Assembly: GCA_964016885.1 (NCBI GenBank)
Contig: OZ024741.1
Location: forward strand, 272,862,001 to 272,926,000
Direction of reading: 5' to 3'
DNA length: 64,000 bases
DNA from: Eledone cirrhosa
Lineage: Eukaryota
Below the pieces are notes generated by a model. That model saw only the letters and a list, made by a program, of their open reading frames with translations. It did no database searches and was not told where the DNA came from. Of this stretch, positions 12,723 to 25,631 are shown one piece after another; positions within the stretch are counted from its first letter, which is position 1; every line of letters starts with the position of its first letter. Position numbers and translations under genes: made by a program.

Positions 12723-13220
12723 AGACCTAGTGCCAGATTCAAACCTTCTCTTATCAGTGATATTCAGAAAAGAAATGTTTATCAAAAGAACGACAGCAAA
12801 ATATCAGCACACAGCTTGAAAGAAATGAGGATTCGTAGTGGGTCTACTTTTGTTAATAAAACCATTGATAAACCTCAAGAGAATGGTAAAGATGAATATA
12901 TCAGTAACAAAAATATTCCAAACACAAACAAATCATCAGATGAAGATTCTTTGCTGTCGCATTTTATTATTGAAGCTCAAAATGAAAAACATGTGAATGA
13001 AAATACAAAGAATAACAACAACAGCAATAACAAGAATGGCATCAATAAAAACAACAACAACAATAATATTTTAACAGGAGATATAAAAGAACAACCAAAC
13101 TTGCGTTTTGGTTTAAGGCAATTAGCTCTCACAATGACCCAGACAATACCTGGAAATAGAGGTAAAAAATCACCTGCCACACCTCATATTATTAAGACAA
13201 CACATCTACCCAAAAGTTGA
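12723..13220 (+). CDS. Coding exon D (probably terminal, Asn-rich low complexity) of the EF-hand-like gene
   Basis: tttcAG acceptor in phase 0, open for 165 codons ([18 protein letters not shown]...) to TGA; alternative donor GTAAAA at 13162. Confidence 0.65.
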   Translation, partial: RPSARFKPSLISDIQKRNVYQKNDSKISAHSLKEMRIRSGSTFVNKTIDKPQENGKDEYISNKNIPNTNKSSDEDSLLSHFIIEAQNEKHVNENTKNNNNSNNKNGINKNNNNNNILTGDIKEQPNLRFGLRQLALTMTQTIPGNRGKKSPATPHIIKTTHLPKS

Positions 13221-13403
13221 GGACTTATTTCATTTTTGTTTTCTGCACACACACACACACATAAATATTTTATATATATTACATTCAAAGTTATGGATGT
13301 CATGTTTGTGATAATTTCGAACATGTGTCTTGTCTCCCAAAATCAGCTCATAGAAAAAATTCAAAAAATAAATCCAAGCATTATTATCATAAAATAGTGA
13401 ATG

Positions 13404-13448
<45 letters not shown>

Positions 13449-13731
13449 GATATAAATGTACAATAGGACATATCAAACTTTAACAAGAAACAATCTGTAT
13501 AGAATGTAAGAATGCATAGTTCGTTAGAGTATCATATTAAAATTTAACAAAAAATTAAAACATGATAAAAATCATATATATAGCTCCCTCATATATATCC
13601 TTCACAAAACATGAATACATTTTACCAAATATTGGTGAAGTTAGCTAATGGATCAGATTGTCAGTGAGAAAATCGATCTATCTAAACTTACACCTGTTAA
13701 CATAGAGAACTGAAGATGACGAGAGAAACAC

Positions 13732-15297
13732 AGGCTCTACTCTCTGGCAACCCTGAACATGGTCTCTTGCGAGCTCACTTCAAAACGGTAATATAAATAA
13801 CTTTAATTCATTCTTTCATCAACTCTTGGCATGTCAACTATTCTGTTCTACATAACTCAACCTTGTTAAATAAACTTCATACACACAAACCAGTGTCGCT
13901 GTTATAAGTGGTGACCCCAAGGAAAAAATAATAGGATCTGGTGTGGCGTGAATGTAAAAAAAAAAGAAAGAAAATTAATTAGCAGTATTTCAAAAAGAAA
14001 AAATTCCTCTAACAACATTCCACATGGATTTTGTCTAAAACGAAAAATAGAAGTAATCTTTTTCTCAGCAGCAAACAAACAAGAACAAATTGTTGTTCTT
14101 CACCTAACGTGTTTACATTGTTTAAATGTCGCTACTTTTTCATCGCTTTCAAAGGAAAACAATTGAACTCTCGCCATATACAAAGCCTTTCCTTCTTTTT
14201 CATCATATTATCACGTTCACACACAAATGTTTCAAAATGGCTGCCAACGACCTGTTGCACTATCATTTTCGCGCCATTTTCTCGCGCAATAGAAATTTTT
14301 TTTTTTCAACTTGACTTTAACCTTGTTTCGGCCATCAACTTTGGCTGTTATTTCTAGCACTTTGCGCAACTCATATTTTTCTTGGAAAATTTTTACTGTC
14401 GACGGAAACAACCTCGCGAGACAACTCATTTTTTTCTGGGAAACTTTTTACTGTGATTTGAAACAACTTTGAAAGAATACGCTCACTCCGCGAGACAACA
14501 ACAACAACAACAACAACACAGCTTCATCAACAACCAAAACCAGCAGAAGACAGAGAATTTATTTTTGCAGCACTCTTCCTGTGAGAAAATCCCTTCGGAG
14601 GATGGGAATTTCACGTTGTACAACAGTCCAGAAACCACCTGCATACATTCTCTGGAACACACTTTCTTTCCTGCTGTCACCTGTGAACTGTATTTTGAAC
14701 ATTGTTAACGTTTCTTTGCTCCTTTGATTGCTTCTTTTAGTTTGATTACATCGTATCTTTGAGTGATGGATAGATGTCCAGTCGTTCTCTGGCCAAGAGC
14801 GGTTGGCTACCTTGATATCCATCATTGATTTTTGCATGCATATATTTTGCTGTTTTCCTTTTATTGCAAACATTATTTTTTTGTAATTTTCATGCCTGGA
14901 CTTTGGTGTTACACGCTCGCCATCTTACTCCATACATGGTTTATTCGATTTTTATGTTTTTAAAATCTGGCGGGGGATAATGTAGCAAGAGTTGCCTTCC
15001 TTGTTGTGACGATCACAACCTCAGTAGCGCTCTCTAGACAGGAAGTAGCTGGAGTTACTTCCCGTTGTGGTTGCAGAGCTTTCTTTGTCACTTCCGTCCT
15101 GGGACCTATAAAAGGGATAGCTTTCAGCTCTCTCCCTCTCTTCTAACTAGCCTGGCCCTTCGGCCAGGCGCGTTCGCTGAGGCTCTACTCTCTGGCAACC
15201 CTAAACATGGTCTCTTGCGAGCTCACTTCAAAACGGTAATATAACTAACTTTAATTCATTCATTTCATCAACTCTTGGCATGTCAACTATTCTGCTC
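13732..15297 (+). mobile_element. Non-autonomous LTR retrotransposon (TRIM/LARD-like)
   Basis: Direct repeats 13732-13848 and 15180-15297; PBS TGGTGACCCC (tRNA-Trp-type) at 13909; PPT GGCGGGGGATAA then TGT at 14981; TATAAAA at ~15107; no pol. Confidence 0.75.
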
Positions 15298-15355
15298 ATC
15301 ATCATCGTTTAACGTCCACTTTCCACGCTAGCTTGGGTCTGGAAATATATATATA

Positions 15356-16826
15356 CAGTGGCGGACTGGCCAAGTTGCCAGGTTGCCCAGTGGCAAATGG
15401 GCCCCATGGGGCCCACAGTATCACTGCAAGAGCCCACGGAAGCATTGCTGGGGCCCACTGTTAAATTTAAAAAATGTCTTAGAGAAAGAATAACATTTAA
15501 AAAAAAATAAATAAACAAATAAGCAAATCATTTAGTCAAACAATTCCCTAGGGAATTAATAGAAACCCAAATGTATGGCAGTGCTAGCAGTTAGAGTCAT
15601 TGGCTTACTGTATTCATTCATGCATGCATAACATCATGGACACACACACACAGGCCTATTTATATACATATATACATACACACACACATATATATATATA
15701 TATGTGTGTGTGTATGTATATAAATAGGCCTGTGTGTGTGTGTCCATATATATACATATATATAAGGAAAAAAGATGAAATCGAAAATGCAACTGGAGTC
15801 TTTTTTTTTTTAAATATATTTATTTAGTTCCTTTACCGGTTTCACAGTTCTTGTGCTTTTCAAAAGTTGAATTGAGATGGAGGGTTTGTGGTTTTCTCAC
15901 ATCTCACACATATATATATATATTTTTATAAAGACAAATAGTAGAAAGTAAAAAGATTTTTTCAGTAGAAAATGTTGAAGAGATTCTTTCAGTGAAATAT
16001 CAAAACATTAATTTATTTACAATACCGGTTTCAGCATTTTATGCACTGTCAATTACGGATATGCAGAATATTGTTAAGTTGCATATTTGTACAAATAATG
16101 ATAATAATAATAATAAAAATAGAAAAGGGAAGAAAAATTAATTACATACATGTTCATTCAGAGAAGAAAGTTAATTTCTCTGTCCATTTTTCTCTGCTAA
16201 TATATATATACACTTATACATACACATGAGCTTCTGGCCAAATAATTTTTTATGTCAATGGGTTAAAGACATATGTAAAATCAATTAGTGGCCAGTTCTT
16301 CAATCTAAACTCCCTAGGGAGAATGAATCGCCAAATGATGTTTGTACAAGTTGAATATATACATATATATAAATTTATATATACACATGTACATGAACAT
16401 GTACACACATACACACACTCCCAGGTATATATTGAGTGAGTGTGAAAGACCAAAAGTCATTATTGAAAGTCTCTAGAAGTGTATACTTTTTATTGGAGAA
16501 GGTAAGAACGGTCACTTGCAAACTCTACTCTAAATAACAGTATACTATACATTCACAATTATTTAAAAATTCAATTATAACATTCTGTATTAACATTTAG
16601 TATTACTGTATATTGCCAGTAATATGTACAGTACATATACACTATAATTAGTAAAAAATACACATTTTGTTTCCTGCAAAAATTTGATTGCACTGTTTTG
16701 TTTTCACTTATGTATTTTTTGAAAATGTTATTTATTCATTATAAAGATTAAATTATAACATTCTATATGTGGCTGGGCATCCTTTATTTCCTGACAACCA
16801 GCATTTTTAGACCCAGTTCGCCACTG
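15356..16826. mobile_element. Non-autonomous DNA transposon (CAGTGGCGGA termini) with nested insertions
   Basis: TIRs CAGTGGCGGACTGG / CCAGTTCGCCACTG; homologous right half at ~7870-8226. Confidence 0.75.
15828..15868 (-). ncRNA. Hammerhead-like motif, U3-A8 core variant
   Basis: Minus strand CTT-TTGAAAA-GCACAAGAACTGT-GAAA-CCGG-TA-AAG; a more degenerate motif lies at ~16020-16057 (-). Confidence 0.5.
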
Positions 16827-17061
16827 TATGTATGTATATATATATATATATAATAAGGAGTTGACGGACCTAGCATATTTATCAATGCCAAGATCGGTTG
16901 TATCTCAGTGTACTCAATGGTTAATGTAAGATACATTCCCAGATATACACATAGTTATTCGCTTCAATACAACACACGTAAAACGGGTGCCTATAATAGC
17001 TCCCGGACTCGAGTTTTGGCCGCACTTAATGCAGCAGTAATATATATACATATAAAACACA

Positions 17062-19971
17062 TCATCATCATCATCATCATCGTTTAACGTCCATTTTCCA
17101 CGCTAGCATGGGTCTGGACGGGAATTGTCCCTCTTGAGGCAAGATTGGTTGTCTTGCTCAGGACTGCCTGGCGGGTTTTCTACGGCTGGATGCCCTTCCT
17201 AACACCAACCACGTTTACAATGTGGACTCGGAGGTTTTTACCGTGTTACCTACACGGCCACATTACAGCGTGGACTGTGTTTTTTTTGTCGTGACACCTA
17301 CACGACCTCATTTATCTAGGACTAGATCTTGTGGTACCAACATAGCTTTACATCGAAAGGGGTGGTGTAGATGGCGGTGGGGTAAGGTTACTGGGACGGG
17401 GGTGTATTTAGGTTAAGCGGGGCCTACTGACTGTAGGTTTTGCTTTGTACTTAGGCAAGGCAGGTCTTCTGTGTTACTACGTAGCGCCAAAGATCTCGGT
17501 CCAGTGACATTGTCTTGGAGAGGTGTAAGTGTGTGAGGTCGGATTTCATCAAGTCATCCCAGGTTTTTCTGGGTCTGCCTACTCCGTAGCTACCGTCTAT
17601 TTTGATCACCCTGCAATTTTTTATACAGCTGTCATCTTTCATGCGCATCACGTGACCATACCAACGTAGTCTTCTCTCGAGTAAACAGCATCTGATCCCT
17701 CTTATTCCTAATTTCTCACTTAGATGCTTTGCCGTTCGCGTATATTACTATTACACATCCAACGGAGCATGCAAGCTTCGTTCCTCCAGTCTGCATAGAT
17801 CCTCTGCACACAAGGCCCATGTCTCACTGCCATGTAACATTGCTGTTCGTATGCAGGCATCATACAACCTGCCTTTTATTTTTAAAGAGAAACCTTTAGC
17901 GGCCAATAGCGGTATAAGCTCTCTGAACTTTTTCCATCCCGTTCGGACTCTAGCTACAGTACTTTCGGAGCACCCTCCACCACTGCTGATTTTGTCATCC
18001 AGGTAACGGAAGGTGTCCACTATTTCTATAGAACCATCTGGGCAATGGAATGAGCTAGTATTCTGTGGGTATTTGCTGCTACTTATTGCACCAGAGCACC
18101 AGCCACATATAAAATCTATATTCTTAGTTAGCTTACCTGTGATCCCACTACATCTTTTAGGCACCCATACTTTGCATTTGGGACATAAAATGGAGTTTCT
18201 GCCTACTCCTTTCCTACACACTGAGCATGGCCATTTCCCAGATGGGACCAGTGCCCTATTCTCCTTCCTACATATTAGGACTTTAGTCTTAGACAAGTTA
18301 ACTTTAAAGCCTTTTGATTCTAGGCCATGTTTCCATGTTTGGAATTTCTTCTCTAGTTCAGCCATTGATTCGGCTATGAGCGTTAGATCATCTGCATATA
18401 GAAGTTCCCATGGGCAGCCGGTCTTGAACTCCTCCGTTATAGCTTGGAGGGCGATAATAAATAGGAGGGGGCTAAGGACGGAGCCCTGATGAACACCAAC
18501 TTTTACGCTAAATTCTTCACTATATTCGTTGTTAATTCTAACCTTGCTGACTGTTTCTTTATACATGGCTTGTATAGCTCTCACAAGCCATTCATCTACA
18601 CCTAGTTTTCTAAGAGCCCACCAGATAATGGAGCGGGGGACTCTGTCAAAGGCTTTCTCCAGGTCTACAAAAGCTAAGTAGAGGGGTTTACTTTTAGCTA
18701 GGTACTTCTGTAGTTGTCGTACAATGAAAAGAGCGTATGTGGTACTTTTACCTGACACAAACCTGAACTGCATTTCATCTAGATCAATTCGCTCTCTGAT
18801 TAGTTGCGCTATTACTTTTTCTGTGACCTTCATGACCTGGTCAATTAATTTATTGCCTCTATAGTTTCCCCTATCTAGAGCGTCTCCTTTACCTTTGTAG
18901 CAGTTAATGATGATGCTGCTATGCCAGTCTTTTGGTACGACCCCATTCTGTATATCGTGGATTACTATCCGGGTGACCATAGTGTGTCCCACCGTTCCAG
19001 ATGCTTTCAGCATTTCAGCAACTATTCCGAAGGCCCAGCCGCCTTGCCCATCTTCATATCTTTGATTGCCTTACTTATTATACTACCTTCAACTTGCTCT
19101 GCTGGTCCCGCTATTGGATCGATGTGGGGGAGACTGTCTTTCTCCCATTTATTTTCCTCATTTAGTAGCCTTTCGTAGTGACACTTCCAAGCTACCTTCT
19201 TATCAGCGTCAGTGATGGCAAGTACACCATCATCATTATGTACACACTTCTTCCCGACAATATCACGGTTCTCTTTGACACATTGTCTAGCAATCCTGAA
19301 CACCTCACACTTTTGGTCCTCGCGTTGTAGAACATGCTTGAACTTTCTTTCCTCTGCTTCCCTTCTTGCGAAGTACACTTGTCTCCTAGCTTCCCTCCTG
19401 GCCACTTGATAGTCTTCTCTACTTCCCCCATCACGCCACACGTTTCAAGACTGCTTTTTGGCATTAATTGACTCCTCCACCTTACTGTTCCACCACCAAG
19501 TTACTCTCCTCCTGCCTATAGGCCTGCTCCAGCCACAGATTTCATCTGTCGCCTTCAGCAGGTTAGCTTTCAGGAATTCCCACTGTTCCTCTATATTGTA
19601 GGACTCTAATTGCTCCTCCTTACTGTCAAAAGCATCAAGTAATATGCTTTTAAATTTATTACTGGCTGTGGGGTCCTTTAACTTCCATATTTTTCTCCTA
19701 AGGATAGTTCTCCTCTGTTGTCGAATACGTCTCGTCCTGACTATGAGGTCGCTAACTATGAGGCTATGTTGGGAGGTGCATTCTTCATGGGGGAGGGATT
19801 TAGTGTTTACAACAGACACTCTGTCCCGTCTTCTGGTAAGGATATAATCTATCTGACTGGCGTGTTCCCCTGATCTATAGGTGATCAAGTGATTGTCTTG
19901 TTTTTTGAAGTTTGTGTTACAGACAGTTAGATTATTTGTGTTACAGAATTCCAGGAGTCTGGAGCCTTCCT
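17062..19971 (-). mobile_element. RTE LINE (family B), 5'-truncated, frameshifted
   Basis: ORFs 19445-20014, 19022-19441 and 17751-19013 ([22 protein letters not shown]); (GAT)n tail abutting (TA)n. Confidence 0.92.
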
Positions 19972-20348
19972 CATATACATATGTATATGTATATATAATT
20001 ATAGCAAAGGTCAAAATATAACTCTATTTTCATGCAGATAGCTATACAGAAAAGTATATGATTGCCAAATAATTTTCTAGAAAGCTCAATGGGTTTATAT
20101 AGTTACAGGTGGAAGGTATGAGAAATATTTTTATGGTAAAAAATACAGAAAGATAGACGTAAACACAGCATATTTTGTTTTTACTTTTTTGTGTCTGATC
20201 AGACATTGCACTCCTTTAAATACATGTTAAACACAATTTTATTCCATTTCCTTGAATTTTGCCAGTGTATTATTCAGTAGTAATGCTGAAACAATTGTAA
20301 AGCATTAAATGAGCTAAGAACTTTATTTTATCACTTGCTTTTGTTATA

Positions 20349-20942
20349 GACTAGACCACCCGTGACCTGTTGGGTCACGTTCACTTCAAAATATTTTTAA
20401 AAAATCATGTTCACTTAAAAAAAATGTTTAAATAATCAAAATATACACATATTATATAATGTGAAATGAAACTGGAAGGCCCATATATATATACGTGTGT
20501 GTATGTATATATATAAATGTGTGTGTTTGTATACATATATATATATGTATGTGTGTATATATATATATGTGTGGGTGTCTGTGATCTATATACACTGGTC
20601 ATAGACACACACACACATGTATATATACACACCAACACCACCAGCTCTCGCTCTCTCTCTCTCTTCCATTCCCTTCTGTCTCCTCTCCCTTTCTCTATGT
20701 CTATCTTTCAATCTACTCTCTCACAACCACTATCTCTTTCTCTCTCTCTGTTTATGAAGGTACCCGGAAAAACCCCATATCTCAGGAATTTGTGATCCGA
20801 TTTACTCAAAACTGTTTTATTCCATTTGTATCCTCATTTCAGGGTCAACTTCCTTTCAAAGTATTTTCCTATTATGCATCCTTTTAGCTTTATTACATTA
20901 CAGACAACTATAGAATTATATAGAAAGATAATTATATATATA
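20349..20942 (+). mobile_element. Helentron/HINE-like non-autonomous element
   Basis: ACTAG...CGTGACC/GGTCACG terminal hairpin, internal microsatellites, ...TTATATAGAAAGAT end. Confidence 0.45.
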
Positions 20943-22770
20943 CCTAAGGACTGGTGTAGCAGCATCATCGTTAACTGCTACAAAGGTAAAGGAGATGCTC
21001 TAGATAGGGGAAACTATAGAGTCATTAAGTTAGTTGACCAGGTCATGAAGTTCACAGAAAGAGTTATAGCATAACTAATCAGAGATCGAATTGATGTAGA
21101 TAAAATGCAGTTTGGGTTTGTGTCAGGTAAAAGTACCACAGATGCACTTTTCCTTGTACGACAACTACAGGAGAAGTACCTAGCTAAAAGTAAACCCCTC
21201 TACTTAGCTTTTGTTGAATTGGAGAAAGCCTTTGACAGAGTCCCATGCTTCATTATCTGGTGGGCTCTTAGAAAGCTAGGAGTAGATGAATGGCTTGTGA
21301 GAGCTAAGAAGAAGAATTTAGTGTAAAAGTAGGTGTTCATCAAAGCTCTGCCCTTAGCCCCCTCCTGTTTATCCTCTTAAACTCCTCTTTTATAGCCCTT
21401 CAGGCCATAACAGAGGAGTTCAAGACCGGCTGCCCCTGGGAACTTCTATACGCAGATGATCTAACGCTCATAGCTGAATCTATGGCTGAACTAGAGAAGA
21501 AATTCCAAACATTGAAGCATGGCCTAGAATCAAAAGGCCTTAAAGTTAACTTGTCTAAGACTAAAGTTCTAGTATGTAGAAAGGAAAATAGGGCAATGAT
21601 CATGCTCAGTATGTAAGAAAGGAGTAGGTAGAAATTCCATTCTGTCCCAAATGCAAACTATGGGTACATAAAAGATGTAGTGGGATCACAGGCAAGCTAT
21701 CTAAGAACGTAGACTTTATATGTGGCTGATGTTCAGGTGCAATAAGTAACAAGTGCCCACAAGATACTAGCTCCTTTTACTGCCCAGATGGTTCCATAGA
21801 AATAGTGGACACTTTCCGTTACCTGGGTGACAAAATCAGCAGTGGTGGAGGGTACTCTGAAAGTACAGTAGCCAGAGTTAGAACGGGATGGAAAAAGTTC
21901 AGCGAGCTAATACTGCTGCTGGCCACAAAAGATTTCTCTCTGAAAATGAAAGGCAGATTGTATGATGCTTTTATACAAACAGCAATGTTACATGGAGGTG
22001 AGACATGGGCATTGTGTGCAGAGGACCTGCGCAGACTGGAAAGGAACGAAGCATGCATGCTCCGTTGGATGTGTAATAGTAATGTACACAAACGGCAAAA
22101 CCTAAACGAACTAAGTGAGAAATTAGGAATAAGAGGGATCAGATGCTGTTTACTCGAGAGAAGATTATGTTGGTACGGTCACATGATGAGCATGTATAAA
22201 AAAGTGCAGGGCGATCAAATTTGAGAGAATTTACGGAGTAGGTAGACCCAGAAAAACCTGGGACGACATGATAAACTCCGACCTTGCACACTTGTACCTC
22301 TCTAAGACAATGTCACTGGATCGAGATCATTGGTGCTACACAGTAATACAGAAGACCCACCTTCCCTACGTGCAAAGTTAACCTACAGTCAGTAGGCCCC
22401 TCGAACCAAACACACCCCAACCCACTACCCCACTCCCGTCAACGCTCCCCCCCCCCCTTTCTCTATAAAGCTATGTTGGTACCACAACATCCAGTCCAAA
22501 CTAATGAGATTGTGTAGGTGCCACAACAAAAACACAGTCCCCGCTGTAATATGGTTGTGTAGGTAACACGGTAAAAAGTTCCCAGTCCACACTGTAAATG
22601 TGGTTGGTGTTAGGAAGGGCATCCAGCTGTAGAAAACCTGTCAGATAGTCCTATACGAGCGAGACACGGTCACCCGACCAATCTTGCCTCAAGTGGGACA
22701 ACTCCCGTCTAAACCCATGTTAGTGTAGAAGATAGACGTTAAACGACGACGATGATGATGAGGATGATGA
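20943..22770 (+). mobile_element. RTE LINE (family B), 5'-truncated, decayed
   Basis: RT fragments (21105-21326, 21805-22224), 3' UTR and GACGTTAAACGACGACGATGATGAT tail. Confidence 0.9.
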
Positions 22771-23245
22771 TTCCGATGAGCACAAGCTGAAGCACATGTA
22801 CAGTATGCCCAATCCCTCAACCCTCTCCCCCAAGCCCACACTGTAAAGTGGATGTGTAAAAGACAACGCAAAAAGCACCCAGCCACACTGTAAATGTGGT
22901 TGGCATTAGGAAAGGCATCCAGCCATAGAAAACCAGTCAGAAACACCACTATTTGAGCGAGACACGGTCACCTGACACAACTTGCCTTCATATGTATATA
23001 TATATATATTTATTTAGGTTTGTTGGTTCACAACTGGATAGAACTGGTCATTTCGTATGGTCAACCTCGATGTAATATTATGGAGAGCACTCAACGTATT
23101 GCAATTCACCCGTCTTCGTTTGTGTAGTTGGTGGTGCGACCATTTAGCAGCTTCTACCTCGGTCAGCTAAATAGTCGGTCGTCCTCTTGTCTCTGATTTT
23201 CAGCCCCATGGATTTTATCTGTTATATTCCTATGTTATATTTTGA

Positions 23246-23303
23246 ATACCTGATGATGTCACTGGATTCATACTGAACCCGGTCATTGAAATGATCATAG
23301 TAT
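23246..23303 (+). ncRNA. Type-I hammerhead ribozyme motif within a (TA)n-bounded element (~23010-23352)
   Basis: ATAC-CTGATGA-stem II-GAAA-TGATCA (palindrome)-TA-GTAT. Confidence 0.6.
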
Positions 23304-23347
23304 AATAAACCTTTCAAGGATTTACACCAGTCCAGCCTCCTGTTATT

Positions 23348-23378
<31 letters not shown>

Positions 23379-23769
23379 CATCATCATCATCATCACTGTT
23401 TTACGTCCGTTCTACCACGCTAGCATGGGTTATATAATATAAATGGCACTTTCTGTCTGTGTGTCTGTGTATCTGTGTATAACCAGTTGGTGGCTACACC
23501 AGTGATCCGATCCTGGTGAAACTTCACATACATGTTAAGCTAATATTCAGAAACAGGACTGGCTAATCGGAACCCCTGGGGACATCTTTAAAATGGAGGA
23601 AAGAGAAGACGTTTCAGTGAGAGAGGGGGAAGGAGATAGTACTACTGTATGTTAAACCCTTCCTCCCACTACTCCCTTTCTCCTCCCACAACTTATTAGA
23701 AATATACATAAAGAAATTTCAAACAAAGCAGACGACAATCTAATTTTGGTTGACAACTGAACAGATGTC

Positions 23770-23832
<63 letters not shown>

Positions 23833-24031
23833 ACACATATATTTTTATTGTTTGACCCGAATTACTTGGTCGTTTTGTTTTGGCTGTGCGGATGATATGT
23901 TTAACCATCATCTCAGTGTGTTTGGCCCTTAACGTATGTTGTAGCTCTGATTCATATGATTCATCGAGCGCTTGCCACACATATCGGACGTTGATTTTCG
24001 TTAATTCCTGAGCTGAAAACGTTTCTCGCTA

Positions 24032-24079
<48 letters not shown>

Positions 24080-25631
24080 CATCTACTGATATGGATTCTG
24101 AACACGTACACACGCGTAGGTCACATTAAGGTCAACTGCAGGAATCGGTGATAAGTTACAGAAAAGTGTGATGATCAATGACCTGGAAGTTGGCTTACCA
24201 TGAGATTAATCTGAAGAATAAAACCCAAATCGTATGTTGACGAATATTCATACTCCCGGCATGTTAATTGTAACATGCCGTCTTTGAGAGTAGGGTTTAT
24301 TTTGTTGATATTTCGAGGTGTCGGATCGTGGGAAGATTAACACAAATTAAGATGTAACTTCTCCCCCATTTTTGACACTTTGCAACAGTGAACATTACAA
24401 GGCCCTCTTTAGGGCCAACACTTCTGATTGTTTATCCGACTTATTATGGTGTGTTTTCTCGGGTTATGTCTACTATAAGGGGAAAACGGGATGGTTTTAT
24501 TGAATTGCTTCAGTCATTCAAAGGGCTTTATAAATATTGATATACAGGGTTCTTGAACAGTATGTGAATATGTTTACTTGGTTATAATTTCTTCTGTAAT
24601 TGCGATGACTTCCTCAATTGTTCTGAGTTTGTTCTTGAGTGCTAAGGCAGTAAGTTTGCTATTCTTATACATAAGTTGGTTGAATAAGTTCTATACTCTT
24701 CGAGCTCAAATTTCCCCAGCTTATTCACTCTGAATGAAGAAAGCTGGATGGAAGAAGGACTTATGACTTAAACAGCTATTGATAGTTCCACACAAAAAAA
24801 TGATCTGCCATAAACACACCTAGCAAAGGTTGCTACTGAAAATCCAGTATGGGCACCCAGGGTCGCTAGCATTTTCAAGCGCACTCTGGGAACTGCAAAT
24901 AACCCCACCTTTCCTGGGTATTACCGGGTACTGCAGCTAGTATATATATAATTGGATATATACTTTTTTTCTTCGAACGAAACAGTTCTAGTCCTGTAGA
25001 ATCCATTTATATATATGTCTATTTTTATTCATATGTTCATGTTTGCAACAACGCAGCACGCCATTCTTCATTCACATATTTTTTCCCTTCGCTGTGGTTT
25101 GTATTTTTTCTGTCACTTTACTGCTATCACCTTTTCTCTCTCCTTCACCTCTTGCCTTCCTCAACTCCCGCTGCTGGTCACTCACTCTCGGCTGGCCCCT
25201 TCCTCCCACTTTCACTCACTCCCTCTCTGATTCTCCCCCCCCCCCCTCTCACTTCCTCCTGTCTGACCTGCTTGAATTTCTTTCCTCTCTCAATCTTCTT
25301 GCGGCTCGGACGTGTCTATTTCTCCTCGTCAATTTGATTTGTTGGGCTTAAGCCCACAGGATTCATTGACTTGTCTCTATTTTCCTCTCTTTACGTTGCA
25401 TACCACCATGTTTGTTTCCTTCCCTCTGTTTTCCCACTGTCCCAATAACTTAATTGAGTTATCGCTCGCACTGATTTTAGGTATCTAGTCTTTAATGCGT
25501 CGAAATACCAACGATAATCAGCAGACTACTGAAGAGGACATTTTACCCCTTGTCTATTTTTATTCATATGTTCATGTTCGCAACAACGCAGCACGTCATT
25601 CTTCGTTCATATATTATATATATATATATAT

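Noticed and set aside
12122-12730. YIYI/CVCV-type ORFs here and at 52471-53293, 54646-55164, 57164-57623 and 63345-63834
   Set aside because: Translations of (TA)n and (CA)n microsatellites, which lack stop codons
24230-24830. Possible decayed Penelope RT/GIY-YIG coding remnant on the - strand (a HNPR-like peptide)
   Set aside because: Too degraded to support by eye; needs tBLASTn or HMM search against PLE proteins
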